A stretch of DNA of 62,498 bases, the filler included, from Stramenopiles sp. TOSAG23-2 (lineage: Eukaryota), in NCBI GenBank assembly GCA_900128395.1. It is 8 parts of 8 records of this genome, joined end to end, with 100 filler letters (N's around TTAATTAATTAA, not from the genome) between each part and the next. Parts side by side here need not be neighbours in the genome. Positions count along the whole stretch, not along the records: positions 34,731 to 46,202 come from LT649932.1; positions 46,303 to 57,762 come from LT649933.1; 6 more parts are not named here. One strand, given 5' to 3'. The notes beneath the pieces were generated by a model that saw only the letters and a program-made list of their open reading frames with translations, was not told the origin of the DNA and made no database searches. This document shows positions 43,701 to 55,921 of the stretch, piece after piece; position 1 is the stretch's first letter; each line of letters starts with the position of its first letter. Both the position numbers and the translations under genes were made by a program.

Positions 43701-45762
43701 TAATTGCACTCCACAGGATAGATATTGGAGCATACAAAGAAGCTGTTAATCAATTGAGTTTAGCAATAGCACATGGAAAAGAGCATAAAAATAAACCGTT
43801 ATGGTTAAGTTTATTGGGATACACAAAATATTTATATGGCAATTGGGACGATGCTGTGACATATGGAGTATTGGCAATGAAAGCCTTAGATGATAAAGAG
43901 ATTATTCCAGCCATAAGATCAAAGCTTACCGTTGATGCACTGAAACGAACATATGCAGAATATGAAGATTTACCACCTAGCAAACCTGACAATATAGATG
44001 ATATTGATCGTGCAAAAATGTATGTATTTTTTCTTCTCGGATACTGTTTTCAAAGTCGTACAGTCAATAAAAAGGCTTTGATGCAAGAATATGGCCTACA
44101 ACCATCGGATTTCAAGCGACTTGCACAATATTATCATCAAAAGTGCATGATACTTGCATATTACCAGGGGAATGATAATATATGGTGTCTTCAGCATGGC
44201 ACAGCGCCAAACAGTGGCACATATGAAGTAGATGAAGTGCGTCAATTTTATCGGCGTGTGCAAAATATTGTTAAGTCAGAAAGGGTCAAACCAGAGCTAC
44301 GAGTAGATTGTAAGTATGCTTTTTGATACATGCCTTTTCATAAATAATTACTAACAATATGTATTTATAATGCACAGGCCTTATGTTTAGCTTTATGTGG
44401 TATACACCACACTCTCCGGAGTATTGTAAAACTGGTTTGCAACAGATGCTTGAGATTACTGATCTTATTGATGGAAATTTAAAACATGCTAGTAAACTCT
44501 CCTTTCATTTTATGATTGGTAGCGGGGTGTTATTTTCTATAGGTGACTATAAAATGGCAAAACATTTTGGGGATCGGGCTTGCAAAGTTAAATGTGACAC
44601 TGAGGCAGCAGAGGATACAAAAGCAACGGTATTTGAGTATGCAAGATTTACCGAGACGTATATAGCATCTATTACAGGGGATAGACAAAGGGTGAAAGAA
44701 GGATACACTAAACATATGGAAATGGGGAAAAGTTTTGCAAGTAGAAGTCCAAGTAATCGTTGGGGAAGATTTACTACATTAGCTATGGGTGTACAGTACA
44801 TCGATGAAGGAGAATACGAGCTGGCAGAAAAATTGATTGCGTCACATTTTCCACATGGACTGATCTATTTTATATACAATGTAAACACCCATTTATCGTT
44901 TTTTATAGAATGGCCATGCGAAGTGCTGATCAGATTGTACGAATTCCACACAAAGCAAGGAAAGGACACGAAAGAAGCTGTTGTAGTGATGAAACAAGTA
45001 AGAGCACGCATGGAAGATTTAGCAAAGACGCGTCCAGGGATGTATCGGATGTCTGGAGTGGCTTATGGAGCAAGGCTTACATTAATTTTAAAAGATAGGC
45101 CATTTGCTGATGTATTAAGCAAATTAAAAGAAGCATTAGACTATGCCGCTGAGTTAGCAGTAATGCCACAAGACACAATAACTCTTAAACAAGTCGTTGC
45201 TCTTTTTGAAAATAGCCAAGAAGGCTTAGAAATCGCAAAGGAAGAGTTTGAGAAGTTTTGTCCAGGATGTCCACACGTATCGCGAACTCAAAGATTGATA
45301 GATGAATTAAAAAGTGGTATAAGAGAGCCAGTTGATTTATCGTTTGTACCAGAAATTGTCGAGGAAAATAATAATACTGTTGACGATAGCGATCCACTAA
45401 CGGCAATAGAAAAGAAAATTGTTGAAGCAAAAGCTAGATTTACAGCTGCAACAGATAAAGATGAAAAGAAGAGTGCACGTGCTACCATGAAAGCCTTAAT
45501 TAAAGAGAAAAAGGCTCTGGAAGAAAAAATTGCTGCAGAGAAAAATGCAATTGATATTGATGCAAAGATTGCAGAATTAGAAACGCAGTTAGCTGAGGCA
45601 AATGCAAAGGCAATGCAAGCTATGGAGGAAGATGATGAAGATGCAGAAGAAATCGCATATGAAGAAGCGGAAAGATTAATGGAAGAATTAGAAGCTTTAA
45701 AAGCTATGAGTATACCTAAGAAGAAATTGTTGGAAGCTCAACAAAAAGACAAAGCAAATTAA
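40719..45762 (+). CDS. Soluble adenylyl cyclase (ADCY10-like: two cyclase domains + STAND NTPase + TPR-like), 3 exons, ~1631 aa
   Basis: Exons 40719-43636, 43717-44309 and 44378-45762 joined in frame by GTAAGT..CAG introns containing CTAAC; LADISGFTAL, AGD, EDKG, VNMAARLM, P-loop GLAGMGKS, Walker B FEDAHWID. Confidence 0.92.
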
Positions 45763-47179
45763 AAATAAATTTTGCATTTTCCAACACACTAAAATATATC
45801 ATATAAAAGATTTTACTGAATGTTTTTTTTTTAGAAAATGATAGCACATACTTCGTTTTTATACGAACGTCGTACTATTTCCAGAAAGTTATATTTGATG
45901 ATTATTTTTATATATACTAATATTCCTAACACGGTGAGTTTTGGTCAAATAGGAATATTAGTATACAAACATGCATACTATGATCCATAATAATCTCATG
46001 TGTTTAACCACTTTGTGATGATACTCATGTCAATAAATATTGGATTTATTGTTACTAAAAAAGAATTCGTTTGGATTCATTTTGATACAATAAATAATAT
46101 TAAAACAAGAATCGTTTTAGCAGTTTTTTTCACGGATATATGTAAAACTTTTTGAAATAAATGGAAAGGAAAGCAATTTAGCTATATTTACACGATATAT
46201 ATNNNNNNNNNNNNNNNNNNNNNNNNNNNNNNNNNNNNNNNNNNNNTTAATTAATTAANNNNNNNNNNNNNNNNNNNNNNNNNNNNNNNNNNNNNNNNNN
46301 NNCATTCTTTCCTTTGCTCGATTGTTTGTTTGTTTATTTTGTTTCTTATTGACGTCTGAGCGTTTGTTTGTTTATTGTGTCAGAGTGTGTCAGAGTGTTT
46401 GTTGATGTGGTATTCATCCATATTGATGTTTTTGAGTGTGTTTTGTAGATGTGTATACGTATAATATATATAGTGTGTGAATGAAGGCGGTATAGAGATA
46501 TATAGATACTAAAAGGAATCTTATATATATATATATATGTAGTTTACATGATGTATTTATGTATGTCGATGTTATTATGATATCTCAAACAAATTTATAA
46601 ACATATATATATCTATTCTCGTATTGTTGTGGATGTTGGTTGTGCAGTCTATCTACCTTTCTACGTCTCTTACAACTATCATATATATATATATGATGTG
46701 GTGAGTAGATAGATGTAAAAAGACGGTTTATTCATGCATGGAATTTCCCTCCCTTCGCCCTTTGCGATCAATGGTCAGTGTAGGTGTATGTATATATATA
46801 TATATGTGTGTGTGTTTACAATATTATAAGATATAATTAGTTGAACATATCATTTTGAGTGTTTTGTATTGGTTTTACATTTAATATTTATATATATATA
46901 TATATATATTATATCCTCAAAAGTATATTAGATATATTATTATTTTTTATATTTTAAATTTCACCATTTTTTGAATTTTTATTTTTTTTTTCAATTTGTG
47001 GTCAAAAATTAATAGAGATTGAACGACGTATTTAGATTTTAAACGGTGAGATATATATATATACACACACACTATCGAAAGTCATATTATACTACGTTAA
47101 TTTCATTTTTTATCGTTGTTATATATTATACATACATTGAATCATATATTGTATATATACATATATATATATATACATA

Positions 47180-47202
47180 ATGAGCATATCTACCATGTTT
47201 CC

Positions 47203-47236
<34 letters not shown>

Positions 47237-49547
47237 TCAAATAATAATAACATTTCGAACAATAATAATAATAATAATAACATCAGGATGAATAAGAATA
47301 ATAATAATAATCAATATCATCATGAAAATACATTGGAATCATTATATCGTGCATCGATGGATAAGAATAATACAAATTCCAACAATAGTGAACATACTAT
47401 TGCACCCCATACTAAAACGACGATAATATCACCACCAATTGCAACAAGTGGTAGTAATAGTAGTAGTAGTAGTTTAAATCATTCGTTTTCAAACCAACAA
47501 TCGTTTACTTTTGTAAATAAAAGTAAACTATTATATACGAAAAAAGCATTATTATCAACAACAGCAACAACAACAACAGCATCATCGTCATCCATTCAAA
47601 ATAGTAGTAGTAATAACGATCAGCGTAGTAGTAGTAATAATACTAGNNNNNNNNNNNNNNNNNNNNNNNNNNNNNNNNNNNNNNNNNNNNNNNNNNNNNN
47701 NNNNNGCAGATCGTAATAATAATAATGATAACGATGTGTCTACAAATACAAAGACACGTACAAGTAAACGTACAAGTCCAATTAGTACAAAATATCCACA
47801 AAACGATTCCATTGCAACCACAAAAACAACAAATAAAAATATTATCACGAATACAAATAACAACAATAAAGAAAAAACAAAAAACAATCAAACAAAAGTA
47901 ATAAAATCATCAAGCAATAAAACAACACAGCTTAAAAAACGTAAAGCACCAACAAATAATACGAACAAAAATACATCCACAAACAATAACAACAACGATA
48001 TTACTACTACCACTTCTAAGAATAATAATAATAATAATAATAAATCACGTACATCAAAACGAATTCCAAGTACCAAAGCAAAAGGTAGTACAAATACCAA
48101 CAATAATACCAACAACAACAACAACAAAAACGATAACAAACAATCAAATAGTAATAAAGATAAAAAGAAACAATCAAAAAAACGACGTACACGTGGTTAT
48201 ACAAATGGTGTTTTTGGTGGTAAAAATCGTAAAGGAAAGGATGATGATGATTCAAGTGATGATTCCAATGAAGATTCCAATGATGATTCCTCTGATTATT
48301 CATCATCTGAATCAGATTCCGATTCTGAAGATGGTCCACCAGATGGTCCACCTGAAATTGTTTTTTTTGGTGATTCATTGACATATGGCATGGCACATGA
48401 TCGTGCTGGTAGATACGATGTACCATGGCCACGTTTAGTGAAACCATTTTTAACAAAATTATATGAAAATGAATTGCAAGAATTAAAAGATAAAGAAAAT
48501 GCAAAAGATGCAATTGATTCATTAGCATTAAAAAAACGTAAAATCAATCACAATAATAATAATAACAATTCATCGGATGATTCATCAAGCTCCACGACTG
48601 CTGCTGAAGATGATGATAATAATAGTAATAATGGTTCCTCAACACCAATACATTTGCAATATGATGCCTCTAAAATATTAACAATTGTTGAATCTGCAAT
48701 GTGTAGTCGTACTACACAATTTGATGATTTAGAATTTACAAATCGTGATTGGTTACCTAAAATGAGACCACATTTTTTCAATGGTACAAGGCATTTAATA
48801 CCAACATTATTATGCCATACACCGCATTGGTTAGTATTATTATTAGGTACAAATGATTTACAAGTACAAATACAAAATATGTATGAAGTAAGACGTACAC
48901 AAGAATACCATTTAAAACAATCATCTGATTATAATACGACGACGACGACGACGACGTCATCATCATCATCCTCATCGTCGTCAAAAACAAAAGGAAATTA
49001 TTATCCAAAATATAGTAATTATAGAAATGCACATAATACATCAGGTAAGAAAAAAAATCAATTTATTAATATATCACCAGAAAAAAAAGCGGAAGAAATT
49101 GCATTAAGTGTAGTAGCTATGGCATACGAAGCAAAACGACATTTTCCGAAAATACGCGTTGTTATTATGACACCACCACCATTACGTTTAACAGAAGATA
49201 ATGCTGAATGGGGTTTTAATGAAATGTCAGTAACAATATCATCGTATTTTCCATATGCATTTGGTAAAATATGTAGAATGCATGATATACCAAATGTATG
49301 TTATCCAGAAAATAGTATTGATATGTCATTATCTGAAGATGGTGTGCATATTACAGAAGAACATAATCAAATATATGCAGATGCATTGGGTGAATTTTTA
49401 TTATCGTATAAATGCCAACGACCACGTAGACGTAGAAAAATTGTAGAAGTATATTGCCCAGAAGCCATTACAAGTAATGGTGCATTTGGTAGTGATCATT
49501 TAATAACAGAACAATATTTAAAAAATAATATGCCAAAATATACATGA
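47180..49547 (+). CDS. SGNH/GDSL hydrolase (arylesterase-like) with very long low-complexity N-terminus; spans a gap
   Basis: Blocks FFGDSLTYG, SRTT..DD, LLLGTND, EDGVH; ORFs 47180 and 47736 flank the N-gap at 47647-47704. Confidence 0.8.
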
Positions 49548-50950
49548 TATATTTTTTACTATTTACAGTGCAGGGCATATGTATGTATGTATATATATGA
49601 GAGTGGGATGTGTTATCATATATATATATGTATATGTACATGTGTGTGTGTGATGAAGTTTTATATATATGATATATATATATTATATTTCCACAAGAGG
49701 ATAATATAGTTTTGGATATATAATATACGAAGCTTCGTATATTTTATGATATGGCATGAGGCTCTGGGAGTACTTTTGATTCGAGAGATACGTAAAAACT
49801 AGTTGCAAGAAGAGATTGAAAGATGATTTGAAAGATTGAATTTATTTTTTTTTAAGTTAGTCAAAGGTCCAAAGAGAGAGAAGAGAGAGGAGAGTCATGT
49901 TGTAAAGTGCGTGAGTTTTTGTGTGTTAAATTCATTAAAAAACATTTAAATAAATTGAAAATGTTAAAAAAATTTTATATAAAATATTTTAATAAAATAT
50001 TTTGATTCTATTTTTATGATATTTAGTATGGAGACAGCATTGATGGACCTGGGTGGATGTATTATATAGGTCCATCCATTTTAGTACAATATATTAGTAG
50101 TGTCTTGGCAAATTAACAGGAAAAGAAAAAAAGAAACGAAAAACACACGCGTCGTTTCTGTCCTGTGTCCTGGTGCCCTGTCTCCTGTATTAATTATAAT
50201 AGTCTGTAGCTTGTAGCTATTTACTACTATATCTTCTCTATCTTCCTGCTGGTTGCTGGTGATGGTGATATGATTGGTGATGCTGCGCGCTGCGTGCCCA
50301 ACATATATTATTAGTANNNNNNNNNGTGCCCTGTCTCCTGTATTAATTATAATAGTCTGTAGCTTGTAGCTATTTACTACTATATCTTCTCTATCTTCCT
50401 GCTGGTTGCTGGTGATGGTGATATGATTGGTGATGCTGCGCGCTGCGTGCCCAACATATATTATTAGTATAGGATTAGAGGGCTTATAATATTGCTTCTT
50501 GTTCCTTTTTCCTTCGTTTCTATTTATTTTTTTTCAGTTTAAACAATGCCTAAATCGATGTATCAGTTCGTTATCTTCTACGAAATTTTTAAAATAACAC
50601 TGTTTATTATAGTTTTAGTTGAGTGCAAACCTAAAGGGAAAATATAAAGCCTGTAAACGATTCTATATGTCTTCAATCAATTAAAGTATATGATATATTA
50701 TACTAAAAATCCAAACAGTTCATGAATTATAAAACAAATAACTAATTAGTAGACAATAAAATATTGTATTACGTATAAAATAAACAAGATATAATTTCCA
50801 TCATTATTTTGGGAGAGTACGGCCAGGGATGATGATGATATGATGATACTACTATTATTATTGATGATGATGATAGATAATTTAGCAGTATATATAACTT
50901 ATATTTAATAAATACACACAACACACAAGCACAAGCACACAAGCACAAGC

Positions 50951-51155
50951 ACACACATATTGATTATTATATAAGAATATATTATATTCTTCATCAAATA
51001 AATATTATTATTTAGAATAAGAAAAAAAATACTATAACACACACATCAATCACACACATATTGATTATTATATAAGAATATATTATATTCTTCATCAAAT
51101 AAATATTATTATTTAGAATAAGAAAAAAAATACTATAACACACACATCAATCACA
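50951..51155. repeat. ~101-bp tandem duplication
   Basis: ACACACATATTGATTATT...CATCAATCAC occurs twice, directly upstream of ATG 51157. Confidence 0.85.
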
Positions 51156-51156
51156 A

Positions 51157-51460
51157 ATGTATCAACAAATAAGTGGACAATTCCATAACAACAACAACAA
51201 TCCCATTCAATCCTCACCAATACGTACCAATGTTTACAATAAACAATTATTAAATCAAACATATCATACAACCACATCACAACAAAATAAAACAATTGTT
51301 AACAATGCACAACAACAAAATTTATATAAACAAAACGTTGAAAAAAATGTAAATTTATATCGACAACAACGTAAAAATGAACATCAAGCACGTAAACGCA
51401 ATCCATTGCAACATCGTAATGTTGGTGTACAAGAAGATTTACCACGTCTTGGTTGGAAAG
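51157..51460 (+). CDS. Q/N-rich hypothetical protein, N-terminal part only
   Basis: Coding-like up to LPRLGWK; after that the frame is antisense to the minus-strand gene. Confidence 0.45.
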
Positions 51461-52478
51461 TTGAGTTTGAAAGTGGTGCAAGTGATTCTGCATTATCACC
51501 AGATATGCCAGATTCTTCTATATATGTTAAATCTTCTACTAAATCGTCGTCGGTTGAGTTTGAAAGTGGTGCAAGTGATTCTGCATTATCACCAGATATG
51601 CCAGATTCTTCTATATATGTTAAATCTTCTACTAAATCGTCGTCGTCATCATCATTGACGTTTTTTTGTTTTTTTGTTTTTGATTTTTTCTTATTATTTT
51701 GTTGTAATAATTGTTTTGTATTATTATTATTATTATCTTTTAATTGTAACATGGTTGCTTTGTCATCATCATCCTCTGATGTATCATCATCATCATCATC
51801 TTGATAATCTAATTTTAAATTACGACTAATAATATGTAAATCTAATTCTCTCATATTTTGTGCAGCTCTTGATTGTAAATGTACATTTGTTATTTTTTTC
51901 TCTGTATTATATATTGCTTCAATTGTACCAAGTTTACGCATATATATTTGTTCATTCGTCATCCGACATATAGATAAATACATTAATGTTTCCTCTTCAG
52001 CCATTTTCATATCCCAATTTTCTTTTAATTCATTTTGACGTTCTTTACGTTTAAATTCTTGTAATTGTTCATATTCAATTTGACGTTGTTGTTCTAATTC
52101 TTTTTCTTTATTTGCATTTTCTCTCCACCACAATTCACTACGTTCTACACGTTTTGCTGCTACGTAATAATTATGTTCTTGTATTTTTTTCGTTGCTTCA
52201 AAACGTTCTTTATCTAACCGTTTTAATTCTTTAGTTTTTTCTTTTTGATATGCCATTTCTTCACGATGTTTAATTTTTTCATTTTGTTTTTTTATAAAAC
52301 GTTTTTGTTTTCTTTTTAATTTTTTTTCTTTACGTTCTAATTCTTTTGCAATTAATTCATCTTTCCATTGTTTTGTCACTTGATATGCAGAACGCCGTCC
52401 ATGTTTTGGATGTTTTTTATGATAAAATGGCATTTTAAAACAATCGTGTGGTTTATTATATCTTCTAATAAATGACAA
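51384..52478 (-). CDS. Charged coiled-coil hypothetical protein (ends uncertain)
   Basis: 364-codon ORF rich in K/E/R/Q; contains a 31-aa exact duplication (93 bp, 51460-51645); the listed start is a non-ATG codon. Confidence 0.6.
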   Translation of the reverse strand: MSFIRRYNKPHDCFKMPFYHKKHPKHGRRSAYQVTKQWKDELIAKELERKEKKLKRKQKRFIKKQNEKIKHREEMAYQKEKTKELKRLDKERFEATKKIQEHNYYVAAKRVERSELWWRENANKEKELEQQRQIEYEQLQEFKRKERQNELKENWDMKMAEEETLMYLSICRMTNEQIYMRKLGTIEAIYNTEKKITNVHLQSRAAQNMRELDLHIISRNLKLDYQDDDDDDTSEDDDDKATMLQLKDNNNNNTKQLLQQNNKKKSKTKKQKNVNDDDDDDLVEDLTYIEESGISGDNAESLAPLSNSTDDDLVEDLTYIEESGISGDNAESLAPLSNSTFQPRRGKSSCTPTLRCCNGLRLRA

Positions 52479-53002
52479 ATGGGAATATGGTATATATGCA
52501 AAAACAAACGAACAAACTAAAACACGTATATTATTATTATTATTACCGTCTATCTATTATATTGTATCCACTAATAAATGGCAAATGGCAATGATACTAT
52601 ACAAACAAACGAAAAAAACAGACAAATCACTTGGTATATTATTATTATCGTCTCTTGCACCGTACGTTTTGCTAATCTCTTATCAAGTACTGCAATTACT
52701 GCAATGATCTCTCACTTCATATGTTTATAGTTCATACGATCAATGCCATATATATTATATGTGAGGAAGTGTTTTAAAATAATGTTTTTCATTTCAGGAA
52801 GCAAGCGGGATGGAGGTGTTTTATCTAAGTACAACATGTAGTGCTCAAATAACATATACACAAAGGCTAATATCGTTAGTATACGATAAAAGCATGCCTA
52901 CCAATCTGAACACATCCATAAAAAAAATCGTTTATAAAAAAATCGATTTTTTCAATTTTTGTCACAGTCGAGGCCGAGAAAAGGGACCCAACGGTTATTT
53001 TT

Positions 53003-53167
53003 TATACTTGTTAGTATATACATATAAGCGCCTTTTCATAGGAGAACGCGGTGATTATGAACACGTTGTTATACTTGTTAGTATATTAATATATTGCGTC
53101 TTCATAGGAGACAGAGTGATCTTTATATGTACTTGTTAGTTTATTAATATATAGCGTCTTCATAGGG
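53003..53167. repeat. Three diverged direct repeats (core ACTTGTTAGT...GCGTCTTCATAGG)
   Basis: Copies near 53003, 53071 and 53130. Confidence 0.75.
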
Positions 53168-53489
53168 GATATTCCAAATTATTTGTTTTATGTTCTGTAT
53201 TTTCCATTTATTTCATGTCATTTCTTTTATGGTAATAAATATCCATGTTAAAATTTATTAGAACGACGCTTGTGTTGCTGCTATTCTATGTATCAAAATG
53301 AATCTTACTAATTATTATTTAGTAACCATAAATCCAATCTTCACGATTGTACACATATTTAACTATAAATCTAAGCTGCGTGGCATATATATATATATAT
53401 CGATTCATCATTGTTATTGTAGGTAATAGAGAGAGAGATTGTGCTGGTACCTATCTATCTATAGACAACAAGAGGAAATTGATTTGAAA

Positions 53490-53730
53490 TAAGATAAGAT
53501 AGATTGACGACTGATAGTAGTAATAGAAAGTTCTATCTCAATTCTTGTGCGTGTTTGAGAAGATAAGATAGATTGACTGATAATAGTAATAGAAAGTTCA
53601 ATATCAATTCTGGTGCGTGTTTGAGAAGATAAATTAGATTGACGACTGATAGTAGTAATAGAAAGTTCTATATCAATTCTGGTGCGTGTTTGAGAAGATA
53701 AGATAGATTGACTGATAGTAGTAATAGTAG
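53490..53730. repeat. Minisatellite, 63/66-bp unit, about 3.5 copies
   Basis: Repeated GATAAGATAGATTGAC(GAC)TGATAGTAGTAATAGAAAGTTC...GTGCGTGTTTGAGAA. Confidence 0.85.
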
Positions 53731-53841
53731 AAAATCCACTCAATTCTTGTGACTTTACCACGACGTTCCGTATTATTATTGCTTCGTTATATATATATAT
53801 ATATATACTTAGAAATTGACGGTAATAATCATTACATTAAT

Positions 53842-53874
<33 letters not shown>

Positions 53875-53878
53875 TACA

Positions 53879-54280
53879 ATGCCATCGACATCATCCTTTA
53901 TTACAAAGAAGAATAAAATGCAATCCAAAACGATGAAACACAAGACTAAACAGCGACAACAACGAGGAAAAGGACATTTCTCTACAAAACCACGTTTATT
54001 ACCAATCACACGTGTACAAGATCGTTTTACATACCAAACACCATATGATGATCCAACATCAAATGGTCCTGGTACATTTAATATAAAATCAATGGATCAT
54101 GTCACGATTAATAAAAAATATAGACCAAGTGCGAAATTTGGTAAAAAACATCATCCATCTAGTATATATAAACAAGATAAAACAGATGGTAGAAAACGTC
54201 CATATCGTGATATATTAAATTTACCAATCGAATTAGATGTGAAATATAATAAATTAAGTAATACCGGTTCATTATCATAG
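53879..54280 (+). CDS. Basic hypothetical protein
   Basis: ATG at 53879 (MPSTSS...); coding-like; a single PGxF-type motif (GPGTF). Confidence 0.5.
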   Translation: MPSTSSFITKKNKMQSKTMKHKTKQRQQRGKGHFSTKPRLLPITRVQDRFTYQTPYDDPTSNGPGTFNIKSMDHVTINKKYRPSAKFGKKHHPSSIYKQDKTDGRKRPYRDILNLPIELDVKYNKLSNTGSLS

Positions 54281-54331
54281 AACAAAGATTTTAATTTATA
54301 TGAAAAGAGTACAATTGTATTTTGTGTACTT

Positions 54332-54700
54332 ACCACCTAATCCTAATCCACGTGCAACACGTGCTTTGCGTCCAGGTGGTAATAAAGCCGAATTGTCAAT
54401 GGAATCAACACCCCAATCAAATTTATCATTGTCAATTATTATTTTTGCTGTATTACCTGCTTGTACAATTGGATCTTTCCAATTTCCACTTGTCCACCAC
54501 CGGCCTGCTTCAATTAATAAAATGGTTGATGTTGGAAATGATTTTAATAAACGATATGTTAATACACTACCAGCTGATCCTGCACCTAAGATAATAAAAT
54601 CATATTTATAATTGGATTGTTGAAATATTTCTTTTGTACCTTTTAATGTATTGTTGAAGAAAGTGTGAGTGTATTGTTGTTGTTGTTGTTGTTCATTCAT
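54332..54700 (-). CDS. GMC oxidoreductase (choline-dehydrogenase-like), first exon only
   Basis: YDFIILGAGSAGSVL...LLIEAG...ARGLGLGG, then a GTAAGT donor; no downstream GMC exon found in the contig. Confidence 0.8.
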
Positions 54701-55132
54701 TAATATTACGTTTTTTGTAAAATGGGGATGGTTGGACAGTGTTTAATTAATTATAAATTATTATTTTAAATTGAAAATTCACAAATTTACAAATTTACAA
54801 TTTTTTTTCACTTTTTTCTGTTGTTGTTTTTTTACTCGTTTGTAAAAATTCAAATTAAATACTACAACAAAATGAAAATTAATAACAATTATCAACAGAC
54901 ACGGTATTGATATCTTTTTTCAATATACACGATCGATCGATCGATCGATAGATAGATAGATATATTATATATTGTAAAGGGGGCTATTTTAATCCTAGCA
55001 TGTACACAGTATTGAATTTTAACACCTGCTATTTCTATACTAAATCATGTTAAGCCGTACACAGCATTGAATTATAACTCCTTCTATTCCTATGCTATAA
55101 ATCACCAAGGATTTTTTCAAGACGGGGCGGTA

Positions 55133-55510
55133 TAAGTACAATGAACATGTTTTTTAATAGGACTAATACAGCATTATTGATAGGATGCAAAATCGTATAG
55201 TAAGAAGGTCTATTTTAACTTGCAATAAAAATGCATCAAGAAAAATGAAAAGCACAAAACGTGAAAAATTATAAACATTTTAAGTACAATAAACATGTTT
55301 TTAATAGTATTAATACAGTATTATAGATAGGATAATAAAAGTATACTAAGAAGGTTAAAAAAAATAATAAATAAAAATGCATCGAAAATCGAAAACGTGA
55401 AAATTTATAAAAATGTATAAGTACAATAAACATGTTTTTAATAGTAGTAATACAGTATAATAGATAGTATGAATAATAGTATACTAAGAAGGTATATTTT
55501 AACTTGGTAA
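55133..55510. repeat. Diverged ~140-150-bp tandem repeat, about 2.6 copies
   Basis: TAAGTACAAT(A/G)AACATGTTTTTAATAG...TAAGAAGG at about 55133, 55282 and 55418. Confidence 0.75.
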
Positions 55511-55921
55511 AATACAACAAAACACAAAACGCGACGAGACCAGAGACCATCATCCACGAGACTACCAGAGACCAGAGACCAAAAAAAACCAAAAAACAAA
55601 CTAAAACAAACTAAAAACAACGAGAAGAACAGAAGACGACAGAAGAACTTAGACGACTACTGTAACAAAACTTAACACCGGGAAGTGTAAAATTATTTAT
55701 AACTACGATAAAATACAAATAATAATATAAATATATATAACATTTTAGTTTATTTTATATTTATATAATATTTAAATTAAATTACTGGTACATTTCGTTG
55801 TATTTTCATATCGTACATTAGATATATTTAGTTATTTTGTATAAATATCATCTTTGTTGATAATTCAATAATAAAAATAAGAAGAAGAAGAATTGTCATA
55901 TATATAATATATCATTATAAA

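Noticed and set aside
50173-50469. 144-bp direct repeat flanking a 9-N gap
   Set aside because: Typical unmerged scaffold overlap.
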